A stretch of 64,000 nt of DNA from the NCBI RefSeq assembly GCF_006345805.1, contig NC_043014.1:39680001-39744000 (forward strand), read 5' to 3'. The position numbers and the translations under genes were made by a program. Source of the DNA: Octopus sinensis. Taxonomy: Eukaryota. This document shows positions 37,501 through 46,206 of this stretch, piece after piece. Each line of letters opens with the position of its first letter. Position 1 is the first letter of the stretch. The notes beneath the pieces are model-generated. The model was not told the DNA's origin. It saw only the letters and a list, made by a program, of their open reading frames with translations, and ran no database searches.

Positions 37501-40500
37501 GGAGTTACTGAAATATAAAATAAATTACTAAGGCAGTTGCTTCTTTAATTAAAAATAACAAAACATTAAACACAAATGCAAGTCTTGGCATAATGTAAAT
37601 GAAAACTTCAATACTTTACCTTAAATAAATCATCTTTCAAAAATTCTTTAAATTTTCAAAATTACTTTTATAAAGATTTAAAACTTAGTAAGAATTCGAA
37701 TCTCAAAACCAAAGTTTCAACAACAGGAGATAAAACGATCCTAAAACTTTACCAAATTTTCAAATGATTTTAAAACTCAACTGGAAAACACAAAACAAGA
37801 TTTCATTAAATCTTTTACAAGATTTCATTTTTTTTCTTCCTACTATCCCAAGGCAAGCAAGACAAAATCAGAAAACTTCGCAACAAAACCAATGCTTAAA
37901 ATTCCAGAAATCACCTAAAAAGAGATAAAAATCAGGACTAACAAATTTCCTTTAGATTATTTTAAACAACTGCGAGTTTCCAAGATAAGATATTTAAATG
38001 AAACAAAATTCAGAACCCCAGGGATCCGGTACCAAAAAAGCAACAACAGATGGGAAATACATCATTAGACAAGGTCTGAATTACCACAATATTTTGTGAT
38101 TCTATTCTAATCATTAATACCCTTGTATTAATAATGCTAATGATGAAGATGATGATTTCTATTGACAAGAAAGCGAGAGAGAAAATATTTTGATCCTGGA
38201 AGCATAAAAGGTGGAACCAACAATAATACTTTGAGACACCAAAATTCTTAGTCAACTACAGTCATTTATTAAATATTCTTCAGTCACTAATATTTTTAAG
38301 GAGAGATTTTCTGAAATATCTCTACTTGGACCACCTGTTCGTCAAATTAAAAATATTCTATGGAGCCTCACCAACAGCTTCAAGCCTGTTATTTTCTAAG
38401 ACCATAAACTTTAAGATCATAAAACCATTCATTTTGTAAGACTACTAACAACGATGCTACTTCTCTCTTTTCAATGATCTTAAATTCTAAGAGATTAGAA
38501 AGCAAAAAATGATTTTAGCTAGACTTAATAGTTCTACTTTTTTTACATCTAGGGAAGGTTATATTATTTATGTATATATATATGTGTGTGTGTATGTGTG
38601 TGTGTGTGCAAAAATGTATGTATAATAATTCTTACATTGTCAGGAGATTTCTTGAAAGTATATTTTCATACACGATTATGTATGGGAGTCAGAATCAGCA
38701 ATTATTAGATGCATGAACATGACACTAAGATCAGGTTGTTAGTTGGATCAGCTACTTCCGGGTCCTGTCATTGTCGTCCATTTCAATTGAAGATGTACTC
38801 TAACAAAAACAATAAGTTAAATAGTTTAACGATTATACGAGTAACTATGAAAGATTTAAAAAAGACGATCAGAATTGATTCGTAACATATATCAGACCGA
38901 CACATTTAGACAAATATGACACTATTTATTTATTATAACAAAAAAAAACAATAATAATAAAGCTACTAAAATAATAGTAAAAGCAAATTATTAATTGAAC
39001 AAAAGTTGACTGATATTGATTGAGATTAGCTAAGCTATTTTAAAGCATTTTCAAGAGGGCACAACTATCATTAATAGAAAAGATTTTAAAACATAAAGGA
39101 AATATGAGGAAGTAACATATACTTAGACCTAATAAAGGACTCAACAAAATAATACTACAGGGATATATAATCGCGAAAATACTTATCAAAATTAAAGACT
39201 GATGTATATAATAAATAAGTAGCATTATTACAAAAGAAGATCGGGGGGAAAAAATTCTCTAAAATCAACAGATGCGAAATCGGTGTTCACAATAAGACTC
39301 ATTTTTAATATCTTGTTTGATATCTCGGTAGCATGCATGTATATATATATAGATATATATATGCATGCACATACACAAATACATGCACGCATATATACAT
39401 ACATATATAGAGAGAAAGAGAGAGACACGCGCGCAAATACATTCACATCATACATACAACAATAGCCCCTTTACACCTCCACCCCGCGATAGATACTAAA
39501 GACTTTTTTTAATCAACTTTGAACCTCAAGATGGCGACTGTTGCAGATCAGAGACTGAAATAAAAATAATAATCAAAACAAATTGCCAAAGAAGAACGAA
39601 AAATAATTTAAAAAAAAAAAAAATAGGGAGAGAGGAGGAAAGAATATCATAATAGAAATAAAATTAATATTATTATTAAAAAACAGAAAACAGCAGCAGC
39701 AATAGCGATTATGATAGCAGTAGTTGTAGTACTAGTAGTAGTAGTAGCAGCAGTAATAGTGATGGTGGTGGTTGTTAATGCAGCGGCAGTACTAATAGTA
39801 GCAGTAGTAGTAGTAGTGGCATTAGTAGCTACGGCTGCTACTAATGAGATTCAGCAGCACAACGCCCACACGGTGAGCTTTTATAAAATCTAAGAGAGAG
39901 ATAGAAAGAAAAAGGGAAAAAAAAAAATGGTTAAAAAAAAAATAATAAAAGGGGGGGAGGGAGTAGTAGCGATCGTATGTATTATTGATCTATATCAAAG
40001 AGCGCTATAGGGAGGTGGGGGGAGGGAAGAAACGGGAAAAAAAAATTAAGGAAGGAAAATGCTAAGTATATATTTATATATATATATATATATATATTTA
40101 TTAGAGAAGGGCTTTTGAAGAAGAAAGCATTGTGTTATGGCAAGTGCGAGATCAGAGTGCAGCCAGACTAAGAGAGGTGGTGGTGGGGGGAGGGAGGAAA
40201 TTATGGATGGATGAAGGTAGGAAGGGGAGGGGGGACAACGCTACCAATGGTTTTCAGATTGGAAACTGGTGCGTGCAAGTAAGTAGCAAAAGATAAAGCT
40301 GACAACATCCACATCATACCATACTACTACAGTTTAACAAACACACGTCAACACATGCAAACCCCCCCCCGAAACTGGACAACCATAAAAGCTTGGCTTG
40401 CTTGCTGCTGCACACAACACATATCGACTTAGCACAGCCACAGCACAGCACGGCACAGCAACCGCAGTGCTCCCCCCTTTCTTTCGTTTTTCAATTTCAA

Positions 40501-41432
40501 TTAAAAGGGGAGAAAAGAAAAAAAAAAGAGGGATTTTTTTTTTTTTTGGTTTCGAAAAAGAAAAAAAAAAAAAATATATGCAACAACGAAGAATGAAAGA
40601 CAAATAAATTCTATATAAAAGGTAAAAAAAAAAAAAATAGTTATCATAATCATAATATAATCATGCAAAGGATGAAAAATAGGGGTACGAGATGATTATG
40701 GGGTGTGATGGAAAAGGTATATAAAATATTAGAAATATTAAAAATAGACGTGCAATTTGTACGAGCGCTAAACTGTATCGCTACACAGAATTAGATAAGT
40801 AAAAAAGAAGAAAAAAGTGGTGGTGATGGTGAACAATTCTACAAAAACATTCGAAATAACCACTTTTAAGATAAATTTGATAAAAGCATTGTACTTATTG
40901 GAAAACAAAATATAAATAATAGTCATCCAGCTATATGAAAACAACACAAAAAACTTCAATTAGCCTAATTCACAATAAACTAAAATAACCAAAGCGAATA
41001 AGCCGCCATCTTGTCAGTGTAGTGCTTTAAAGTCACTGTAGAACAATATTGACAATTTTAGATTCACTGTAACCTTAAAGCCATTTTCCACTCAATTAAC
41101 AACGTTAAACAAAAGATGAGATAAGTAGGAACACCGGCATTTATATATTTTAGAGTTTTAAGAGTCGAAAGGAGAATATTTCAGAGATTTTAGCACAAAT
41201 TTGGCTGATACACTGTACGATGGCAGCCATTTTGGTAAGAATTAGAAGATATGATAAATATTACCTCGTCTGATTCGCCAACGAGTTCCCGGAATAGTTT
41301 CAATCCACAATAAAAGCTTCGTACCAATCCTAAGTTTGGATCTATTTGCGTTCTAAACTCTTCTTCGCCATAGCGAACAGATATTCGCTCGTATCTACAG
41401 CCAGGACGCCCTGGAAACCGTGGCCGCGCCAT
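1285..41432 (-). CDS. KMT2A: Histone-lysine N-methyltransferase trithorax/KMT2A-B ortholog, spliced CDS (19 exons in window, 2303 aa, 3' end beyond left edge)
   Basis: Exons join in frame with consistent phases. Domain order MBM, FxGF, AT-hook, SNL1, NR-type ZnF, CXXC, PHD1-3, bromodomain, start of ePHD matches the trx/MLL family. Near-identical MLL1 peptides include YHPECLGPNYPTKP and MLPNAVLPPS. KMT2A vs KMT2B cannot be distinguished; invertebrates have a single ortholog. Confidence 0.96.
1524..1669 (-). CDS. KMT2A: trx/KMT2A exon 18: DMLPNAVLPPSGDHTYAQW
   Basis: Acceptor TTTAG|G, donor T|GTAAGT at 1523, phase 2-1. A weaker in-phase donor lies 9 nt upstream. Confidence 0.9.
1896..2316. mobile_element. 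MITE with ~25-bp TIR (GGATCTTTTC(A/G)GTTTGAACGGCAG) and 8-bp TSD GAATATTC
   Basis: TIRs at both ends. GAATATTC at 1888-1895 and 2317-2324. Confidence 0.85.
3511..3584 (-). CDS. KMT2A: trx/KMT2A exon 17: QMEKYFPWF (bromodomain end)
   Basis: Acceptor CTCAG|CAA, donor GT|GTAAGT, phase 0-2. MLL1 has QMERVFPWF. Confidence 0.92.
3971..4084 (-). CDS. KMT2A: trx/KMT2A exon 16: bromodomain helices (HQFNEDMVRIIQTAL...ANNSVRSIFIK)
   Basis: Acceptor AACAG|CAC, donor AAG|GTGGGA, 38 codons. Confidence 0.92.
5311..7335 (-). CDS. KMT2A: trx/KMT2A exon 15 (675 codons): Ser/Thr-rich low-complexity insert, then resumption of the bromodomain (KINKLHYQSV)
   Basis: The 652-aa ORF extends in frame to acceptor TTCAG|AAA at 7335. 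Donor GTT|GTAAGT, phase 0-0. Confidence 0.9.
7627..7838 (-). CDS. KMT2A: trx/KMT2A exon 14: PHD3 end and first helix of the atypical bromodomain
   Basis: Acceptor ATTAG|AC, donor AAG|GTACGT, phase 1-0. LPEDVQYICSLC...PAEW matches MLL1 LPESVAYTCVNC...PAEW. Confidence 0.93.
8113..8518 (-). mobile_element. 3' end of a CR1/L2-type LINE with (TTA)n tail
   Basis: Minus strand encodes RKRFFTLRVAEAWNRLP, typical of the CR1 ORF2 C-terminus. It ends in the (AAT)n run at 8113-8152. Confidence 0.75.
8856..8969 (-). CDS. KMT2A: trx/KMT2A exon 13: PHD3 (GNYCPICRKCYTDDDWDSKMVQCSSCDSWVHSKC)
   Basis: Acceptor AACAG|GA, donor CAG|GTATGC, phase 1-1. Confidence 0.95.
9208..9328 (-). CDS. KMT2A: trx/KMT2A exon 12: ICTKCVRCKSCGATTPG...CYECGKLMDK
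   Basis: Acceptor GGCAG|ATC, donor AAG|GTAATA, phase 0-1. Confidence 0.95.
10766..10858 (-). CDS. KMT2A: trx/KMT2A exon 11: PHD2 (LLQCKKCHETYHPECLGPNYPTKPSKKKKIW)
   Basis: Acceptor CGCAG|CTA, donor TGG|GTAAGA, 31 codons. Confidence 0.96.
11902..12039 (-). CDS. KMT2A: trx/KMT2A exon 10: PHD1 end / PHD2 start (FVYCQLCCEPFHMFCL...WCCYRCHYCQVCG)
   Basis: Acceptor TTTCAG|TTT, donor AAT|GTAAGT, 46 codons. Confidence 0.95.
14136..14246 (-). CDS. KMT2A: trx/KMT2A exon 9: start of PHD1 (CYLCGSAGQHE)
   Basis: Acceptor TTTCAG|GAT, donor GAG|GTAAGC, 37 codons. Confidence 0.93.
14470..14931 (+). mobile_element. Truncated copy of the RTE 3' UTR, inserted in a TTAA-MITE
   Basis: Same 3' end as 49.7-50.1 kb (GGAAGGGCATCCAGC...CATGCTAGCATGGAAA...GATGATGAT). 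Similar copies lie at ~40-330(-), 4785-4985(-), 9645-9880(+), 12472-12730(-), 33040-33205(-) and 60493-60790(-). Confidence 0.85.
16575..16794. mobile_element. piggyBac-like MITE (TTAA TSD, CCCTTTCGTTA ends)
   Basis: TTAA|CCCTTTCG...CGAAAGGG|TTAA. Copies lie at 4623-5033 (with nested RTE tail), 30452-30665 and, as an inverted relative, 30783-31006. Confidence 0.88.
16964..17146 (-). CDS. KMT2A: trx/KMT2A exon 8: pre-PHD linker ending YRIKVDYK
   Basis: Acceptor GCTAG|GCA, donor AAG|GTAAGA, 61 codons. RIKVDYK resembles MLL1 RIRVDFK. Confidence 0.85.
17585..18151. repeat. Near-perfect inverted repeat, 279/281-bp arms, 7-nt loop
   Basis: Arms 17585-17863 and 17871-18151 differ by two 1-nt indels. 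Confidence 0.95.
19617..19899 (-). CDS. KMT2A: trx/KMT2A exon 7: CXXC end (NRRC) and linker
   Basis: Acceptor TTTCAG|T, donor AAG|GTGAGG, phase 2-0. Confidence 0.9.
20568..20615 (-). CDS. KMT2A: trx/KMT2A exon 6 (48 nt): CXXC core DKPKYGGKNVIKQAC
   Basis: Acceptor TTACAG|T, donor AT|GTAAGT, phase 2-2. Matches MLL1 DKPKFGGRNIKKQCC. Confidence 0.93.
21362..21570. mobile_element. Second TTAA/CCC MITE family (CCCTTTAGCATT ends)
   Basis: TIR CCCTTTAGCATT / AATGCTAAAGGG. Relatives lie at ~51810-52035 and, split, at ~14330-14995. Confidence 0.8.
22357..22647. mobile_element. hAT (Charlie-like) MITE
   Basis: TIR AATGGTTCTCAACCATTTT / AAAATGGTTGAGAAACATT. The left flank CTCTAGAT fits the NTCTAGAN target; the right TSD copy has decayed. 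Confidence 0.65.
23145..23382 (-). CDS. KMT2A: trx/KMT2A exon 5: N-terminal half of CXXC (RCKQCEGCLADDCGVCVYCL)
   Basis: Acceptor CTTAG|AT, donor CT|GTAAGT, phase 1-2. Confidence 0.93.
24039..24323 (-). CDS. KMT2A: trx/KMT2A exon 4: second NR-type finger (GNCSITRLNKSQCNACRLRRC) plus linker
   Basis: Acceptor TTCAG|GG, donor AAG|GTAATT, 285 nt, phase 1-1, open frame. Confidence 0.9.
25005..25082. repeat. 78-nt hairpin (35-bp stem, 8-nt loop)
   Basis: Arms 25005-25039 and 25048-25082 with two non-Watson-Crick positions. Confidence 0.92.
25187..25231 (+). ncRNA. Degenerate type-I (minimal) hammerhead ribozyme motif
   Basis: cacacg-CTGATGA-caggt caat accca-GAAA-C tcag G-TC-catgtg. The core is intact and three helix mismatches are all CpG-to-CpA type. 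Confidence 0.6.
25877..26137 (-). CDS. KMT2A: trx/KMT2A exon 3: first finger of nuclear-receptor-type C4 zinc finger
   Basis: Acceptor TTGTAG|GT, donor CAG|GTAATA, phase 1-1. Encodes CAICGDKIGVFPFLGVPCCTGCRKFY. Confidence 0.9.
26290..26745 (-). mobile_element. Two tandem copies of a SINE carrying a Deu/Nin-like central domain, with (TTA)n tails
   Basis: Minus-strand motif TTGACTTTTGCCTTTCATCCTTTTGGGTTTGATAAAATAAGTACCAG. Other copies lie at ~4165-4370(+), 10211-10428(-) and 45395-45540(+). Confidence 0.7.
29780..30184 (+). mobile_element. Full-length tRNA-headed CORE-type SINE
   Basis: A/B-box-like head, GTGGCACCTTGGGCAAGTG CORE-like block, internal (TA/TG)n and an (AAGAGT)n tail. It resembles the described octopus tRNA-derived SINEs; the family name is not verified. 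Confidence 0.85.
31256..31628 (-). mobile_element. Full-length CORE-type SINE, inverted relative to neighbours at 29.8 and 32.1 kb
   Basis: Reverse complement of the 29780-30184 family. Confidence 0.85.
31893..32764. mobile_element. Degenerate Tigger/pogo-like non-autonomous DNA transposon
   Basis: TA|CAGTAATC left end and GAGGGATTACTG right end. Interrupted by a SINE. Confidence 0.5.
32061..32450 (+). mobile_element. Full-length CORE-type SINE nested in a Tigger/pogo-like DNA element
   Basis: Same family as 29780-30184. Other copies or fragments lie at ~2820-2960(-), 25338-25436(-), 44157-44380(-), 44395-44745(+), 50300-50470(+), 51358-51742(-), 52405-52816(+), 60145-60240(+) and 62378-62530(-/+ fragment). 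Confidence 0.85.
33336..35514 (-). CDS. KMT2A: trx/KMT2A exon 2 (2179 nt): DEEFEGF LEDGF-type motif, AT-hook (RGRGRP), SNL1 (FILPTKSSRSSRVIKPNKRF)
   Basis: Lies within the 748-aa ORF. Acceptor TTGCAG|GAT, phase 0. Phase-1 GC donor AAG|GCCAGT at 33335. Confidence 0.9.
39690..39845. repeat. Imperfect (AGT/AGC)n trinucleotide tract in intron 1
   Basis: GCAGTAGTAGTAGTAGTGGC-type repeats with no long ORF. Confidence 0.8.
41265..41432 (-). CDS. KMT2A: trx/KMT2A coding exon 1: MARPRFPGRPG...LKLFRELVGESDE (menin-binding motif)
   Basis: ATG at 41432-41430, 56 codons, donor GAG|GTAATA, phase 0. RFPGRP matches the MLL menin-binding motif; ERISV resembles Drosophila trx KRISV. Confidence 0.92.
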
Positions 41433-41639
41433 TACTATAAACCTGCTAACATCGAGGCCTGGAAAGATGGCTCCGTCAACAGTACACACCTTCTGAGTTA
41501 AAGATCTACGATCTCATCAATAATAATTATTTTTGCACAAGCAATCATTTTAAAATACTTCGAGAATCAATTATCAAGTGTTTGTTTTTTTTTTAACATT
41601 CGATCAACATATTAGAAACTTTTCGGATAAATGTTGATG

Positions 41640-42480
41640 AAATTTACACATCCTCGATCAGGACCTAATATTGACCAATCAGATTGATGGTATTCCCCGC
41701 CAAAATTTTCTGACCTTAACATTCTTTACTGAATTGAAACAACTTCATATTTATTACAACATATAGAAATATATGACTTTTATTAATCCTTCCTAAGGGC
41801 TCTCATAAATCCTCTAAGATCTCTTGAATAACTGACACGCTATATAGACATATATTTATAAATATATATTAATATTAACTTTGGTTTCTCTGTATATCAA
41901 CAGACGTATTCACTACCTGAGCATTAAACATTGTGTTGTTTTGTTTAAATTAATAAAATATTTGTGAAGTTCTTCAACCTTGACTTTCAGATAATAACGA
42001 AATATCTTCTTGTTTAATTTTACAGTTATTGTAAAGTACTCATACTCGTCTTTTCCGCTTAAAAATTAATCAGTTTATGAAGGGTCTGCAATATTACAAT
42101 GTTCAAAATCAATTCTTTCGAACTATAAACAAACTCTGCAGCATGCGCCTGCGATTTTATAAGTTTCATATGCTGTTTTCTTTAAAATATTCATACATAT
42201 GCAAATATCGAAGCCCTTACGACGAGTAGAAAATGGATATAATTATCTTAGCAACTTCTCTTTTTACTGTTGACTCGGCTTCAGGTGAGTGTGAAGTTAA
42301 GAAAATGCACCTGGCTCGTTCGTCTAAGGCTGTTACACGCAAACTATTTAACATTTTCATAACACAGTAGGCGGGACTTAGAAACTAGCAACAAAGTTCG
42401 GGAAAACGTCCCGAACGAAGAAAGACGAAATTCGTGGTTCGATCTTCAGATACGACCACGAACTGATTGGATTGTTTTCC
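41640..42480 (-). promoter_or_regulatory. Likely trx promoter / TSS region
   Basis: Locally CpG-enriched and repeat-free DNA just upstream of the ATG exon. Contains CCAAT boxes (~41675 and ATTGG ~42466), NRF1-like GCATGCGC (42141) and GGCGGGA (~42370). The TSS itself cannot be located from sequence. Confidence 0.5.
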
Positions 42481-44071
42481 GTAGCTTGACACTGCTACCT
42501 GTACAGACACGACAAAAATTAGTCTCTGAGATATTTAAGGAGTTGGAGTTTCGTCCGTGAATGAGGTTCTTATAATTACTGTCAACAATACCTGATTTTA
42601 AGAATTCTACAACCTGAAGGATATTTATTCCTTACTTTGGATACCTATGTACAATTATATAGAATAGTCCTGTCATTTCTCTTTGAATTTATTTCTAGTT
42701 GTCTCTTGGTGTCTCTTACACATCTAGTGTTGTTTGTTTCGATCTTATTCTGTTGATGAACACTATTTGCAAAAGAAGACAATATAACTAAAGCATGTTT
42801 GGAGTTCCCCTCCACATTGTAGACTAAATGAAAATATTAGTAATTGACTAATATTGTCTTTTTCTCGATGTGTAATTATTTCTATGTAGCTTCTTTGTGT
42901 TCCTAACTATTATAGTGACGTCTGGTTTCACATCAGATCCTATGACAATACACAAAAGCGTCAGCGAAGTCATTTCTTTTTTCTTTTTTTTTTTTTTAAC
43001 ATCCCTTCCCAAACATATCTGCAATACAAATCATCCGTAGAATAACCCCCAAGACAGGAATTTATATCATGTTTTGAGATATTCAAATAATACTGAATCA
43101 AATTCATCATCAATTAACTTCCACTTTCTCATTCATGCATGGGTCAGACGAGTTTCTTGAGACGGTTTTTCTATGACTGGATACCCTTTCTGTCACCAAC
43201 CCTTATTTGTTTTCAAGCAAGGTAATATTTCCCCATAGCTAGATATGTTTTACTTGGAAGACTGAAAACAAGCAACCTCACTTGTATGACAGTGATGCTC
43301 ATTTATGACTGAAAGTTGCGATTCACTGGATTGTTGACTACATGATCAGCGAATCTAACCAGGCGTGACTTCACCTGGAAAGAATATTGCCCACAGGATC
43401 AACGAGATCTGGCCAACCACAACCTAGTGTGGAATAGGCTCCCAGTGACTAATATCCAATTTTGTCACGCTCCTTTATGAGCTACCACCATCGGAATAAA
43501 ATCAACACACGCGACCAGATAGCTTTGGGATGTAGCATAGTCAACCAGTAGTAGATGGCATGGCAAATACAAACAGGCAGCAGCTGAATCGAGCTAACAT
43601 CGTCATGACTAGCTACCAACGGCAACACAGAGCTGACTTTCATCGTAACAAACTGTCCACAACAACACAATGACTAGCTGTAACTTTACTAATACTATCT
43701 CATTTACAATGACATCCAAACCTTCTCAACATTTTTCGTAATACTATTTCGATTACACCAAGCACAATTACCTTCAAACTCTCACAGCCAGAAATAAATT
43801 TAGTTCATAAAACCTCAACAGAGTTTTGTCGTTTTCTCCTGTGTACAATTGTTGATTTCCAATGCTAGAAATAACAGCTAGTTTCTTACATAAACAGTTG
43901 TATACAGCTCCTTGCAGTTAGCAAATAAACTCAAGCACAAATGGTTTCAACATCTAACTATTATATAATGTCAAGTCGAAGGTACATGCACATACATACA
44001 TGGTAAGCTTCTTTCTCTCTCTCCCTCTCTCTCTAGATATATATATATATATTTATATATATATATATATA

Positions 44072-44831
44072 AGCTCCAGGCTGACCAAAGCCTTGTGAGT
44101 GGATTTGGTAGACAAACTGAACGAAGCCTGTCATACGTGCACACAAATATATATACTCTCTTTACTCTTTTACTTGTTTCAGTCATTTGACTGCGGCCAT
44201 GCTGGAGCACCGCCTTTAGTCGAGCAACTCGACCCCGGGACAAGCTAGGGGGACAAACACATATATGTACATATATACGACAGGCTTCTTTCAGTTTCCG
44301 TCTACCAAATCCACTCACAAGGCTTTGGTCGGCCCGGGGCTATAGCAGAAGACACTTGCCCAAGATGCCACGCAGTGGGACTATATATATATATGGCTGT
44401 GTGGTAAGTAGCTTGCTACCCAACCACATGGCTCCGGGTTCAGTCCCACTACGTGGTATCTTGGGCAAGTGTCTTCTGCTATAGCCTCGGGCCGACCAAT
44501 GCCTTGTGAGTGGATTTGGTAGACGGAAACTGAAAGAAGCCTGTCGTATATATGTATATATATATATATATGTATGTCTGTTTGTCCCCCAAGCATTGCT
44601 TGACAACAGATGCTGGTGTGTTTACGTACCTGTCACTTAGCAGTTCGGCAAAAGAGACCGATAGAATAAGTCCCGGGGTCGAGTTGCTCGACTAAAGGTG
44701 GTGCTCCAGCATGGCCGCAGTCAAATGACTGAAACTAGTAAAGAAAGTATATATATTTGTGTGCACGTATGACAGGCTTCTTTCAGTTTGTCTACCAAAT
44801 CCACCCACAAGGCTTTGGTCAGCCTGGAGCT
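44072..44831. repeat. Composite fold-back palindrome built from SINE pieces, centred on (TA)n
   Basis: Outer 86-bp arms have 2 mismatches. Inner arms are an inverted copy of the 44395-44745 SINE with internal deletions. Confidence 0.88.
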
Positions 44832-46206
44832 ATATAGCTGAAGACACTTCCCCACAGTGGAACATGGTCAGGAAGTAAACTTCTTAACCACAGAGCCATT
44901 CCTCTGCATATCATTGCAAACATTATTAAGAAATGAAGATTGTTCTCATCGCTGTCAGTACCAGAAATGTCTTATATGGAAATGCAAAGGGACTAGAATA
45001 GATAAAATAGTTACTTCTGCCAAAGGGGATATTTGAAATAGAAAATGTACAGTTCTTAGTTTGGTATCTCATAGCCCTAAATTACTTAGAGTAACATGTG
45101 TTGGTGACAAATACCAATTATCAACTAAAACTGCTGGCCCCAAATTTTTTAGCACCGCAGACTGGTTTCCTGCAAGGCAATTCTTCCACAGACTGAGATA
45201 TTAGGTGCATAACAAATTACAATGAAGTGCATAATATATAATTTAATTATTATCTATATAATACATATATAGTGCAAAAACATCCTGCAGGGTTTCATTG
45301 ATTGTCAATCAAGTAGAAATAAAATTTTTAAGATTATTCTTTCTCTGTAACCTGGTTCTAAATGATCAATGGTCCAGTACTGGTCTATGGCCTGGTGGTA
45401 AGCTGGAAGAATCATTAGTACGCCGGGCGAAATGCTTAGCGGTATTTCGTCTGTGGTTACATTCTGAATTCAAATTCAGCCAAGGTCGACTTTGCCTTTC
45501 ATCCTTTTGGGGTCGATTAAATAAGTACCAGTCACGCACTGCGGTCAATATAATCGACGTAATCTGTTTGTCTGTCCTTGTTTGTCCTCTCTGTGTTTAG
45601 CCCCTTGTGGGTAGTAAAGAAATAGGTTAGGGAACTCCTGCCTCAAATGTCACTTCAGTAGTATCTTTATAAGTGCTCACGAAGCACATAGCTTTCTCGT
45701 GAATAGTCTCCAGACAAACCACTTTCCCAGTTTTTTCTCTCCATAACATGATTGCACAATAATTCCTTTCCTTCCCAAAACATCTGTCAAGTAGAATGTT
45801 TTACCTATGACATACCCTTTAGCTTAGAACTGTTCAAGAGGTACATTACTCATTTTGATCTCACTGATTTCAGATGTTCTGTGAAATTCTGTGGACACAA
45901 ACCTTTCAAAAAGATCAAACCATTCAAAATATAAAGCATGGTCATGTGGTTAAGAAGCTCGTTTTGTAATCACACAGTTTTGGGTTCAGTCCCACTGCAC
46001 AGCACCTCGGGCAAGTACCTTCTACTATAGCACCAAGCTGACCAATGACTTGTGAGTGAATTTTGTAGACAGAAACTAAGTAAAAATCTATCATATATGC
46101 ATATATATATAAATATATGACAGGTATATAGCTAGATAAAAAGGGATGGGGGGATGCAAACAAGAAAATAGGACTCAAAAGATGAGCATGTTTTTTAATA
46201 TTAATA

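Noticed and set aside
39711-39893. Poly-Val/Ala hydrophobic ORF (possible membrane peptide)
   Set aside because: It is the product of an (AGT/AGC)n repeat, and another frame gives poly-Ser with a stop.
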